Of a DNA stretch of 64,000 nt, positions 12,106-22,501 are shown piece after piece. The stretch is taken from the NCBI GenBank assembly GCA_027923505.1, contig BROI01000016.1:558001-622000 (forward strand), given 5' to 3'. The notes below the pieces were generated by a model. That model was not told the DNA's origin and made no database searches. It saw only the letters and a program-made list of their open reading frames with translations. Position 1 is the first letter of the stretch; the number at the start of each line of letters is the position of its first letter. Source of the stretch: Mayamaea pseudoterrestris (lineage: Eukaryota). A program made the translations under genes and the position numbers.

Positions 12106-13266
12106 ATGAATAGTTTAATCATCAAGTATGCACTCATTGCTTGGGTCATTGGCTGTGCCATGCTTTTCCTGGGCCAGCAGCTAAGCCTGCAGCATTCGCT
12201 CAAGATTTTCCTGTGGCTGCAGCCGGATGCAACGCGTCAACAGCAATCCCTTGACAATTTTTTATTGGAGCCAGAGCGAATGAACGTATTGTATGAGCCA
12301 TCCTCCAGCGAAAAATATGTGGTGGATCATGCGGAGGAGCTGGGACTGCTCGCCGATACTTGGGAAAATATGACCATGCCGTCGTGTCGCATCTTTACGG
12401 ATCCTGCTCTGCCAAACTATAGCAGTCTCCAAAGTTATCGCAAGGAACTTGTTGAGTATACGCAACGCACCGATGATTTTGAAACTGATATCAAAGACCT
12501 TCGCATTCCTCTCAGAGCTGGTGTGAACCGAGACGAGCTCTGTTCCACTCTGGATTTGAACTTGGCAAGTATTTTTAAAGAGTCGCAGCAACTTTCGCAT
12601 GGCATTTTTGGATACGCCGAGCCATTGCTTCCACCGATGCGTCATCCGGACCTGTGCTTTGACCCTGAAAAGACGTACAAAGATCTCTTTACAATGACAT
12701 ATATGGTGCATGACTGGGAGGTCATGTGCAAACGCTTGACACCGTTTTCGCGAACTGTCTTTATTGACATGGGAGCCTCTCTGGCCTTTTACGATAGTGC
12801 CAAGAATTCACCAGCAGTCTACATTCTTGATACCTACAAGAAGTTTGGATTTGTCTTTGACCATGTGTATGCGTTTGAAATTACAGAGCAGGCGCCAACA
12901 AGTGTGTTTGAAATGGTTCCATCCAACATGCTTTCGCAGTACCATTGGATCAATGTTGGTGTCGAAGCTGATCCAGAAGCCAAGATGAATCCGCTGCGCA
13001 TGCTTTTGGAGCAGTTTACGGAGGAGGACTTTGTCGTGATTAAGCTTGACATTGACCACAGTGCGATTGAAGTGCCGTTGGCGTATCAGCTACTGAATGA
13101 CGATCGGTATAGCAAAATGGTGGATCAATTGTATTTTGAGCATCATGTCTTTCAATTGGAACTGTCACCCGCTTGGGCTGAATCCATGCAAGGAAGTATC
13201 AAGATGTCAATGGATCTCTTTGGCGGCTTGAGGAAAAAGGGCATTGCATCGCATTTCTGGATTTAA
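12106..13266 (+). CDS. Membrane-anchored FkbM-like (SAM-dependent methyltransferase-like) protein, intact gene B
   Basis: N-terminal TM segment; motifs VFIDMGAS, DHVYAFE, FVVIKLDID, VDQLYFEHH. Confidence 0.7.
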   Translation: MNSLIIKYALIAWVIGCAMLFLGQQLSLQHSLKIFLWLQPDATRQQQSLDNFLLEPERMNVLYEPSSSEKYVVDHAEELGLLADTWENMTMPSCRIFTDPALPNYSSLQSYRKELVEYTQRTDDFETDIKDLRIPLRAGVNRDELCSTLDLNLASIFKESQQLSHGIFGYAEPLLPPMRHPDLCFDPEKTYKDLFTMTYMVHDWEVMCKRLTPFSRTVFIDMGASLAFYDSAKNSPAVYILDTYKKFGFVFDHVYAFEITEQAPTSVFEMVPSNMLSQYHWINVGVEADPEAKMNPLRMLLEQFTEEDFVVIKLDIDHSAIEVPLAYQLLNDDRYSKMVDQLYFEHHVFQLELSPAWAESMQGSIKMSMDLFGGLRKKGIASHFWI

Positions 13267-14275
13267 GGCATTGTCAACGATATAAACCTTTTTAAATATT
13301 GTGAAATACTTGTAAAGTAGTAAAGAAATAGCTCTTTGCGGAGATGCAAGTGTTTGTTGGCCTCCCAACTGATAAAGCTGACTGCCGATTGAAGTTTTGC
13401 TTCACCTCGTTCTCGTGTGCTCCGTCTCGTCCCGCGCCGACGGCTTGAGCTCCACCAGCAAGGACGTTCGCGTTGTCGTTGCTGTTTTTTATACGTCAAT
13501 CTCGGAGTGACAAGACTGGGATAGTTCCTGATTACTGCGGTAATTGGTGCTACTTTACAGTCGGCGACGGTTTTATGATGGACCGCAGCTTGTTTCTTTA
13601 CAAGCATGCCGCGGCAGATTGGAAAGGGATGGACCTTTTTCGACAAAAGATAATCAGCTGTGAAACCATGGCGCGCTGCTTGACATACTTGTAAAGACGG
13701 ATCAGTATGTTGACGACGCACTCCGTCACTCGAAAATGTCTTGCTTTGTAAATGCTTCTGCAAAAGACAAAACTGTATCGTTACTGGTTGATGTGCCCTA
13801 GCTGAGAGAATGTTTGCACGATTGACACCATTTTGAACGAGCATTACTTAAATCCGTAGATCCGTTCGACTTGAGTAATTAAGAAACCTTTGCCTGTTGA
13901 GAGAACCGTTGCGCGCAGGGCGACTCCGTTCATGCGCGACACAAATTTTGTCCCTGACGTGGTGAATGCAAAGTATCAATCAAGCACAAGTTCCTGAATA
14001 GCTGTTTTCGACACGGATGGACAGAGTGAACTATCGCATAGGTGAGCACAATGGCATCATCGATCAGCAGCTTGCACCTTTCCTTGTCCACCTTTTGGAC
14101 GACGACGTGCCGCTTGACGCGACAAGCTTGACACGACGAGCGAAAGCGCATCTTTGGGAAGAGGCAGACACGTGCGTATGTCCGTTTTTGGATCCGTTTC
14201 TGTATCCGGTGTCGTCGCCACTTACAAATCCGTCGTGGCCGAGATCTTTGTTCAATACAGTAAAGGTACGCAACC

Positions 14276-16102
14276 ATGATGATCAAGCTTGCTGTTCTTT
14301 TGATTTGCCTTGCGAGTCCAGTGCTTGCTGTCCAGATTCATTCGAACAAGGATGACCATCAGCAGCAGCAAGGAATGATGATGAGCAAGCCGATCGGCAT
14401 GCGCAAGTTCGACGCGATCCGTCGGAGCTTCAATCGTTTCTTTGAGAAGAATCTCATTGAAACTATTGAGGAAGCTCAAGTTAGTATCATGGCCAATGCA
14501 AGGATCAAAGGTTCTACTGTCAGCAACAAGGCACCTTTTGGACAGGAAGAGACGAAAGAAACCGATCCGATCATCTTGCCGAAGAAAGATCCGATGACAT
14601 CGATGACAGACGGCAAAGAAACTGCCGAGGAGCTGTACGAGAAGAACTTTCACTCTGTTGTTGAAACTGCAGCAAGTCAATACGGCGAGAAACAAGCCAT
14701 GAACTCGTTGGATCAGCCTACTGACGGTGAGACTAGCGACAAGGAGGAATCCACGGCCAAACGCGCACCCTACCCGACGCCCATCGAAAACAGCAAGACC
14801 AAAGAGAGGAGCCTTCTCGAGCCAACTCCTGGAACTCCTACGCACGCGCCTTCTGTTGTACAAGATGAGTTTAGGCGTCCGATTAATGATTTTGTTTCGG
14901 TGCCACCTTCAAACTCTCCAACGACTCCTCCGACAACAGGTGAGCGTATGCATCCCAGCCTACGTCCAAGTAACACCGTGCTTTCCCCGCAAGCTTCGTC
15001 TTTCACCACAACAGCAGATCCCCCTGGACGCCCAAGCCCATTCAAGGCAGTTGGACCAACCTTTGCTCCAACGCGCGACAATCCTCGCAGCAACGTTCGC
15101 TTCAGAGCGCCGGCTCCACTACATGCATCTAAAAAAGGGAGTAAAGGCTTGTTTGCCCCTGCTAGACGGCCGGTTCCACTTTTAGAGGAAACACAAGAAC
15201 CAACATCTGCGCCAGCGAGCGACTTGCGTCCACACAGTGACTTTCTTTCCCCGCTACCTTCGCAGGCTCCGTCACTCGCATCTCGTAAAGGAAGTAAAGG
15301 CTTGTTTGCTCCGGTTCGGCGACCAACCCCACTCTTGTGGGAATCGAAAGAACCAACTTCTGCGCCAGCAAGTGACTTGCGTCCACACAGTGACTTTCAT
15401 TCGCCGCTACCTTCGCAAGCTCCGTCACTCGCAACTGCCAAGGGAAGTAAAGGATTGCTCGCTCCGATGAGGCGTCCGAGCCCACTCTTGTGGGAATCGG
15501 AAGAGCCAACTTCTGCGCCAACAAACGACTTGCGGCCACACAATGACGTGCACTTGCCACCTTTGCAAGCTCCATCACTCGCGTCTGCGAAAACAAGTAA
15601 ACGAGTGCGCGCTCCGATTAGGCGTCCAAGCCCACTACTTTGGGAATCGCAAGAGCCTACTTCTGCACCAACAAATGACTTGCGGCCACACAGTGACATG
15701 CTTGCACCACCCTCGCAAGCTCCCAGTGCAGCTTCCACAGGCGTCACCGATAGAAATGAAGCCGATCCTAGCGTCCCAAGCCCATTTGGCTCGGTTGGTC
15801 CGAATGTTCCACTGCCTTCACAAGGTAAATCACCGGCTCATCAGTATCAACCAAGTCGATCTACAACAGCAGATCCAACATCAATGAGTCAAGCTTTCAG
15901 TTCAGCTCAAACCGATGAACGGAAGCAGAATGCGCCAATCCATTATCCTACACTGGATCCGAGCGCGCCATTACCTGCGTCCGAGGACATCGCCAAGCCC
16001 TCAACACTACTTACTGGAATGCCACCTACTCCAACTGCAACGGAAGTACTTCTGCCAGAGTCCTCTACACCAAAAACGAACGGGGCGCGAGTTGAGTTTT
16101 GA
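14276..16102 (+). CDS. Secreted Pro/Ser/Thr-rich repeat protein 'C', second copy
   Basis: 608-aa ORF collinear with 6635-8464; same signal peptide and repeats. Confidence 0.85.
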   Translation: MMIKLAVLLICLASPVLAVQIHSNKDDHQQQQGMMMSKPIGMRKFDAIRRSFNRFFEKNLIETIEEAQVSIMANARIKGSTVSNKAPFGQEETKETDPIILPKKDPMTSMTDGKETAEELYEKNFHSVVETAASQYGEKQAMNSLDQPTDGETSDKEESTAKRAPYPTPIENSKTKERSLLEPTPGTPTHAPSVVQDEFRRPINDFVSVPPSNSPTTPPTTGERMHPSLRPSNTVLSPQASSFTTTADPPGRPSPFKAVGPTFAPTRDNPRSNVRFRAPAPLHASKKGSKGLFAPARRPVPLLEETQEPTSAPASDLRPHSDFLSPLPSQAPSLASRKGSKGLFAPVRRPTPLLWESKEPTSAPASDLRPHSDFHSPLPSQAPSLATAKGSKGLLAPMRRPSPLLWESEEPTSAPTNDLRPHNDVHLPPLQAPSLASAKTSKRVRAPIRRPSPLLWESQEPTSAPTNDLRPHSDMLAPPSQAPSAASTGVTDRNEADPSVPSPFGSVGPNVPLPSQGKSPAHQYQPSRSTTADPTSMSQAFSSAQTDERKQNAPIHYPTLDPSAPLPASEDIAKPSTLLTGMPPTPTATEVLLPESSTPKTNGARVEF

Positions 16103-16355
16103 GTTTAGCAGCTATATGTGACGTTGCATAAGGCATGGTTGCGCCAACCATGTTTGCAAATAGATCGCAAAACAATAGAATACAGTATTTTTAGACTAAC
16201 CAGTGCATTATTTTTTGCTTGCTACGGTACTATCGGTATGCGCCGTCGCTTGTGCTGATATTTTCTATGCGCATATCACGTCATTTGGATTCTCCGTTCC
16301 ACTATTCGTATCCGTAGCGTCGTGGAGATGTGCAACTGTTGAAAGTCAAAATTCC

Positions 16356-16462
16356 TGCCACAATCAATTGCGCTACACCAGGAGAAAGCGGGGGCATTCA
16401 TTTGCAATTGCCACAATCAATTGCGCCACACCAGGAGAAAGCGGGGGCATTCATTTGCAATT
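16356..16462 (+). repeat. 53-bp tandem duplication (2 copies)
   Basis: gccacaatcaattgcgcYacaccaggagaaagcgggggcattcatttgcaatt at 16357 and 16410. Confidence 0.9.
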
Positions 16463-16537
16463 TAATCATCCGCATCGGTTTTAATAAAGTGATGAGTGTG
16501 TTAACCTTTAAACTCAATAAGCTTTTGCGGAGTACTC

Positions 16538-19034
16538 CTACTCGTAGACCTCGCCATCCCGAAGAATGCACCTGCGCATGGTTCCATCTGGTTGGAACTC
16601 GGTATAAGTTCCATTTACAAACTCATCATCCGCGAAGGTTCCATCGCGCCATCGACCGTCGCTCAATCTGAGGTGGCCGGCGCCGTGAAAGTTGTAACCT
16701 TCAAACTGACCATCATAACAACTGCCGTCGCTCCAAATATATCTACCGTGTCCCTTGAGCATGCCATTTACAAATGTACCTACGTAACAATCGCCGTTGC
16801 TCAATCTGAGTTTGCCGGCGCCTTGGAAACTGCCATCAGTAAACTCGCCTTCATAACAATTGCCGTCGCCCATATTTGCCGGGCCCTTCGAGTTTGCCGT
16901 TCAAAAAGATGCCGTCGTACGAATTGCCCTCAATCCATGTAACTTTGCCGTAGCCATGAAGGAACTTGTCTGCTTTAAACTCGCCTTTGTACCAATCACC
17001 GTCGTTCATTGAGAGTTTCCCTTGCCCTTCGAATTTGCCGTTCCAAAAATTGCCCTCGTACGAATTGCCGTCGATATATGTAATCTGGCCATATCCGTTA
17101 TGGAGCTTGCCTTCTTTAAATTCGCCTTCGCACCACCCGCCGTTGCTCAATGTGAGTTTTCCTTGCCCCTTAAATTCGCCATCTACAAAGTTGCCCTTGT
17201 ACTCATTACCGTCACACATCGACTCGCCGTAGCCATGTGGCTTGTCTTGTCGAAATGTTCCTTTATACCACTGATTGCTGCTCCAAGTAAATTTCCCTTG
17301 CCCCTCATACATGCCATTCACAAAGCTGCCCTTGTAACAAGCACCGTTGGTCAAAGTCAATTCACCGTTGCCGTGAAACTCCCCGTCTTTTATTTCACCG
17401 TTGTAAACAGTTTTACCATCGGAGTCGACATAATGTAGCAGGCCATCACTCATCTTGTCGTACTCCCATAATCCTTTATACCCACTGCTGCCGTTGTCCT
17501 GTAACTGTTCGCCGTAGCCATGAGCAAATCCGTTGTAATAGTTACCCTGGTAGATAGTTCTGCCATCGGAATATTCAAAGCGGCCCTGACCGTGCATCAG
17601 TCCATTGCGAAAGGTACCTTTGTATGATGATCCATCCTCGTATCGTTGTTCGCCTTTCATTATCTGGCCATTATTTATTTCGCCGATTGAGATGCGCCGC
17701 ATGTCATCCTCCAAGTCTTTCATCTCGTCCACCTCTATATCGTCCTTGGGTTTGCTGCCGCCTTCACTTTGGCAATCCATACCCGGCTGCCCTCCCTTGG
17801 GGACAAATTTACCTAACTTGATCCAATCTTCCAAGCAATACTTATCAAGAAAGCTCTCCAGCGTCCACTGGTCTACAGCGGCTTGAGTCCGCTCGTACTT
17901 AAACATCCTTTTTGCAACCCCAAGCACAAACGGTCTAAGCTGTGGACTCAGCTTTTCAATTTGTTGAGTATTCATACGAGATGTCATCTGCTTTACCAAA
18001 TGATTGATCTGCTGTAGCTTGTCGAGCATCGCTCTTCTCGTGCTGTCGCTATGTCTCCACGAACCCTTGATCAGCTCGCGGCGATCGGACACATCCAACA
18101 GGATCCACCAGAGAACTATGCACTTGCTAAACAAGGAGCGATCTGGGCCGATGAACTTGTATAGATTCGATGGAATCGACAGAATAGACTTTTCGCCTCG
18201 GTCAACCTTTTCAAACTCCTTCTTCAGCTCTTCGTCTTCGAGTGCAAATAGACCAGCGTCACTCACGGACATACTAGCGCAGCTTTTAAACGATGGTCCT
18301 TGATTGGTTATTGCTGCTAGACTTGTCTTAGTTGTTGCGAATGTAGTCGCCTTGTTGATGCTGTGCGAAGCAACTCTGTGAGACACACACTGTTTCGCAG
18401 CAGGGCCATTCCGCTGCGCTTGAGCGTCGACGACGACGGCATCCATGTCTTCATCAATATAGTCGAGCATATCTAGCTCGAAATCGACTGACGGTGGGGG
18501 TGAATGACACATTCTTGCCGAGTTGTTATCACCCATAGTCTTTGGCGAAGGACTAGGACATAATTGAGCGACTTTCTTGGCAAGAGATATTTTCTCCGAG
18601 ATTTTCGGCAGCGGCAGCTCAGGCTTCTTGGTGTCGTTCAAAGTCGAGCAGTACTTCGTACTATCGCCATTGTGGTGCATCTTGGAGCTGTCAATATCTT
18701 CCGCAGCCTCGTTCTTTTGCTCAGATTCGCGAACCATGATGAAATCGTTCATGACATTGTTGAAATTGTCTGTGAATACTCCCTGGTCGAGTCCAGTAAC
18801 CATGATAAACTCGTTCAGGACTTCTTCGTTTTGCTGAATGTCAAGACTCTCCCATTCCTCCATCAGAATTGACTGACGAGTCGAATGGGCCTCATCATCC
18901 GTATCGAACGAAGAAGGCTGCGTCGTCGACGTCATCGACTCTTGCGATGAAATTGATGTCCTTCGTCTTGGAGTAAAGGGTCTCTCAGGTGCAGCAATCA
19001 TGCGCTTCTGCGGTGTAGCTGATCGAGTCGACAT
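16538..19034 (-). pseudogene. Full-length MORN-repeat gene with a frameshift near 16870
   Basis: ORFs 16851-19088 and 16538-16873; AAATATGGGCGAC vs AAATATATTTGGAGCAAC in copy 1 is a 5-nt deletion. Confidence 0.75.
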
Positions 19035-19341
19035 GGATTTGTAGTATGTATGACAGGCTGATGAGGAAAGGGTCGGCAGCAAGTCCAAAGAAAAAATTGA
19101 GCGCGCCGTCGCGATGCGCGATCGGCGTCAAGCAAAAAGCGACGTGACGTGGCAAAATATGATCCCTAAGTATACGGGGCGGTTCGGAAAGGATAGAAAC
19201 TTTTGCTTTTTAAACCTTAAGTATTACAAATTGCCTCGATCGAACGTTGGAAAGGTTAGATAGTTGCTTCGACCGCGGCCAAGATGGACCTCATTTTCCT
19301 CACAAAAAGCAAGTTGCGCACGCCCGACACAGCCAAACACT

Positions 19342-19875
19342 ATGAACTTGATCAACCCATTGAAGCTTTTCACTTTGGTCAAGGCTGTCAAGTCGTGGGA
19401 GGCCGATGCAGCTACGACTTCGGCTGCAGTAGCCAAGGAAGACGAGCACGGGCACCTTGAGCGCTCATTTGATCGAACCGCAGTCATCTCTCTTCAATTT
19501 CGCAAAGTAACTGCGACGATACTCTTCAAGGCAACACGAGTGACTAAAGAGATAAAGCAAGTCGAATCAGGAACGTCGCGAGTCAAGGCAGAGCGTCTCG
19601 CGGGTGATTACTCGACGTCGGACCCAATGACGAGCCATACGACCGTTGCTTCAGTCGCGGGGCATGAGACAGCGAAGCTCCTCGATTCCGGTACTACTGA
19701 TGCTGCTACTGCAATCATCGTGGATGCGGAGGCGACGAATGGATCAAAACAAGTGCAAACCTTGTCGTCGCCGCAGTCGTCTCTCGGTCGGCCACACTGG
19801 AGTGTTTCCATCCAAATTACCCTCGGCCGTACTCGTCAGACGGAAATGACTGACCAAGCCATGCAGGTTCTTTAA
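19342..19875 (+). CDS. Small uncharacterised protein (MNLINPLK family)
   Basis: Homologous to 26613-27302 (MNLI.., T.KLL..G, upstream DNA) and to 10-621 (WSVSIQ). Confidence 0.65.
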   Translation: MNLINPLKLFTLVKAVKSWEADAATTSAAVAKEDEHGHLERSFDRTAVISLQFRKVTATILFKATRVTKEIKQVESGTSRVKAERLAGDYSTSDPMTSHTTVASVAGHETAKLLDSGTTDAATAIIVDAEATNGSKQVQTLSSPQSSLGRPHWSVSIQITLGRTRQTEMTDQAMQVL

Positions 19876-20209
19876 TGTCGGAATGCGGAACTCATTGCGT
19901 TTGAATACAAAGTTATTCTTCATGTATCTAGAGTTACTTTAGTGGCATATGCTCTGGCATGCGTTCGCTCTCGAATTAGTGCTTTATACTTCCATTAAAT
20001 CGTTTTGGCGCAAGCCTGTGGCTTGATAGGTGACCAATTTCAGTCGATGTTGTTGTCGGCGGTGTAGCGCATGAACGTTGTCTTTCGCCAAACGTTTCGC
20101 AGGCTCAAGATGGCGCACGTCCAGTGACAGCAAATAGTCACTTTATCGAGTAGCATTAAGTTAATTGAAGTGAGCCGAATCGCAATAAATAACCTCTGCC
20201 ATAGCGCGA

Positions 20210-20305
20210 CCCGTGATGATGCCTGAGCAACTGCCTAGAACCTCTACTCCAGCTTCTCCCCGTGATGGTGCCTGAGCAACTGCCTAGATCCTCTACTCCA
20301 GCTCC
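20210..20305 (+). repeat. 49-bp tandem duplication spanning the MORN gene stop codon
   Basis: cccgtgatgRtgcctgagcaactgcctagaWcctctactccagct occurs twice (gcctgagcaa at 20221 and 20270). Confidence 0.9.
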
Positions 20306-22464
20306 TCACTTTCACAAACCTCAAACACACTTGTATGAACCTCCGTGTGTATCCCATCCACAAACTCGCCTTTTACAAAAATGCCTTTGTAAGATTCACC
20401 ATCGAACAGTGTCAGTTTGCCGTGGCCGTGGAACTCGCCTGCCTGAAATTCGCCCTCGTATCTGTCACCGGTACAAGATGTCCATATTCCATGCCCCTCG
20501 TAAGTGTTCATGTAAAAGTTACCCTCATACATTTCACCGTTGTCCCATGACAGCTTACCGTAGCCATGGCAGTGCCCATCTTTTAGCTTGCCTTGGTAGA
20601 CAGAACCATCGGCAGAGGCATACTGTCCATAGGTTTCCTCGATCAAGGCATCGGCCCAAGGCCCTTTGTACCAATTGGCGTTGCTACATGAAACCTCTCC
20701 TTGAAAAACTCCATTCTCAAATCTGCCTTCAAAGACAATGTCATCGGAACTAACGATGCGTCCGTGGCTTCTCACGTTTAAGGTATTCTCCCATGAGCCC
20801 TTGTACCAATTGCCAATGCTCCATGATATTCTTCCTCGAAATATACCATTTTCAAACGTGCCTTCGAAAACAGTGCCATCGAAATTAACTAGGCGCCCTT
20901 CGCCGGTAACCCACTTGTTGTTCTCCCAGGTACCTTTTAACCAATTACCTTCGCACAATGCTACTCCACCGTAGCCATGAAAAATTCCGCTTTTAAATTC
21001 TCCTTCAACGACAGTGTCAGTGGCGACGACGCAGCGGCCTCGGCCAATGACCCACTCGTCGTTCTTCCAAGTGCCTTCATACCAATCGCCATGGCTCATA
21101 AACGTCTTGCCGTTGCCATGGAAAAAGTTGTTTTGGAACTCGCCTTGGTAGACACTGCCATTAGAAAAAACCAAACGTCCTGGGCCGTGCATCAAACCAT
21201 TGAGGAAGCTACCCGTATACGATGATCCATTGTTGTACGTGAGGTGACCTTCAATGATTTTGCCGTCATTTACCTTGCCTATTGAGATGAGCGCCATTGA
21301 CTCTTCCAGTACTTCAATACTATCATCCTGTTGGCCCTTGAGCTTCCTACCCTCGACGATTTGGCAATCGACAATGCCACCTTTTGACTGCAATGCGTTG
21401 CTGAGCATTTGGCCATTGCTGATCCAATCTCTTAAACTCTGCTGCCCTTTTGACAGGAACGCCGATTTTGGATACGGAAGAAATCTTTCTAATTTCCACA
21501 GGTCCAGCGCGTCCTTGGTGATCGCAAATTTCTTGGCTTGGACGCCTTCGTACCTCGTTATAATCTTGGCAACACTAATGACAAAAGGCTGGCGCTGTCC
21601 ATTTACCTTCTCTTTTTGTTGCATACGAGCTGTCATCTCCTTGATTAACTCGTCAATCTCGGAAAAGACAGTCATTGCTTTCGCCTCGTCGCCGCTCCAA
21701 GCTCCACTGATCAGCTCGCGACGATCGGACTCCTTCAAGAGTGCGTATCCAGCAATGACTGCCTTGCGATACAGGGAGTGGTTGTCGGCAACGATGCGCG
21801 TGCAGTTGATGGACGTGAACGATGCTCCATTGCGAATTTTGTGAAACATATCAGATTGTACGAGTAAATAGAGAGCCCTGCTGACCAACATTCCAGCACA
21901 TGCTTCCTTAACGTTGACTCCTTCCATATTTGTTGATCCAGAACGTTTCGTCTTTATCTCCTTCAAATTATTCGGAGCAATAAGCGGTGCATGCGGTGCA
22001 ATCGGCGGCACATGCATGGGTTCTGCTGGGTCTGTCTGGTCCGATGCGGAGGCGAATCGGTTGCCACTCCCATTTTCATCCATGTCCATGTAGCCAGGAA
22101 CAAAGTCTATGTTAGCATCGCCGCAAAATTTCGAGCCAAAGTCGTCGTCAGCTACATCATCAGCTCCCAGTACTAGACCATAATATCCATGCACCTTTTC
22201 GTTCTCCGAGGCGGCAAACGACGAAGGGTCTTGTACGTCATAACCAATCTACTCGGAATCGTTCCAATAGCCATCTTTAAACATGTCAAAGCTATCGATA
22301 CTCTTCATCGTTTCGGTTTCTTCGTGTAGCAGTGGCGTCTGACGAGTCGACTCGAATGATTCATAGTGTGTCGAGTCGTCTTCGTCATCTCCATCCAATG
22401 AGAGCAAAGTTTTTCGTGGTGCAATGTCAAGTAGCTTGTCACCTACTACTGCTCGAGCCGGCAT
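20293..22464 (-). pseudogene. MORN-repeat paralogue with one in-frame TAG at 22249-22251 (or a shorter intact CDS from a downstream ATG)
   Basis: ORFs 22249-22464 and 20293-22194 share a frame (..WNDSE*IGYDVQDPSSFAASENEKVHGYY..); MORN repeats; LLKESDRRELISGAW domain. Confidence 0.65.
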
Positions 22465-22501
22465 GATTAAATATTGTATGTAAGGTAATAGAAAGGTGTA
22501 A

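Larger units (their letters stand above)
2896..18287. repeat. Tandem segmental duplication, two copies (~2896-10487 and ~10488-18287)
   Basis: Collinear near-identical blocks: 3420-3700~11000-11280, 4200-5654~11810-13266, 6635-8520~14276-16160, 9060-10487~16860-18280. Confidence 0.95.
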
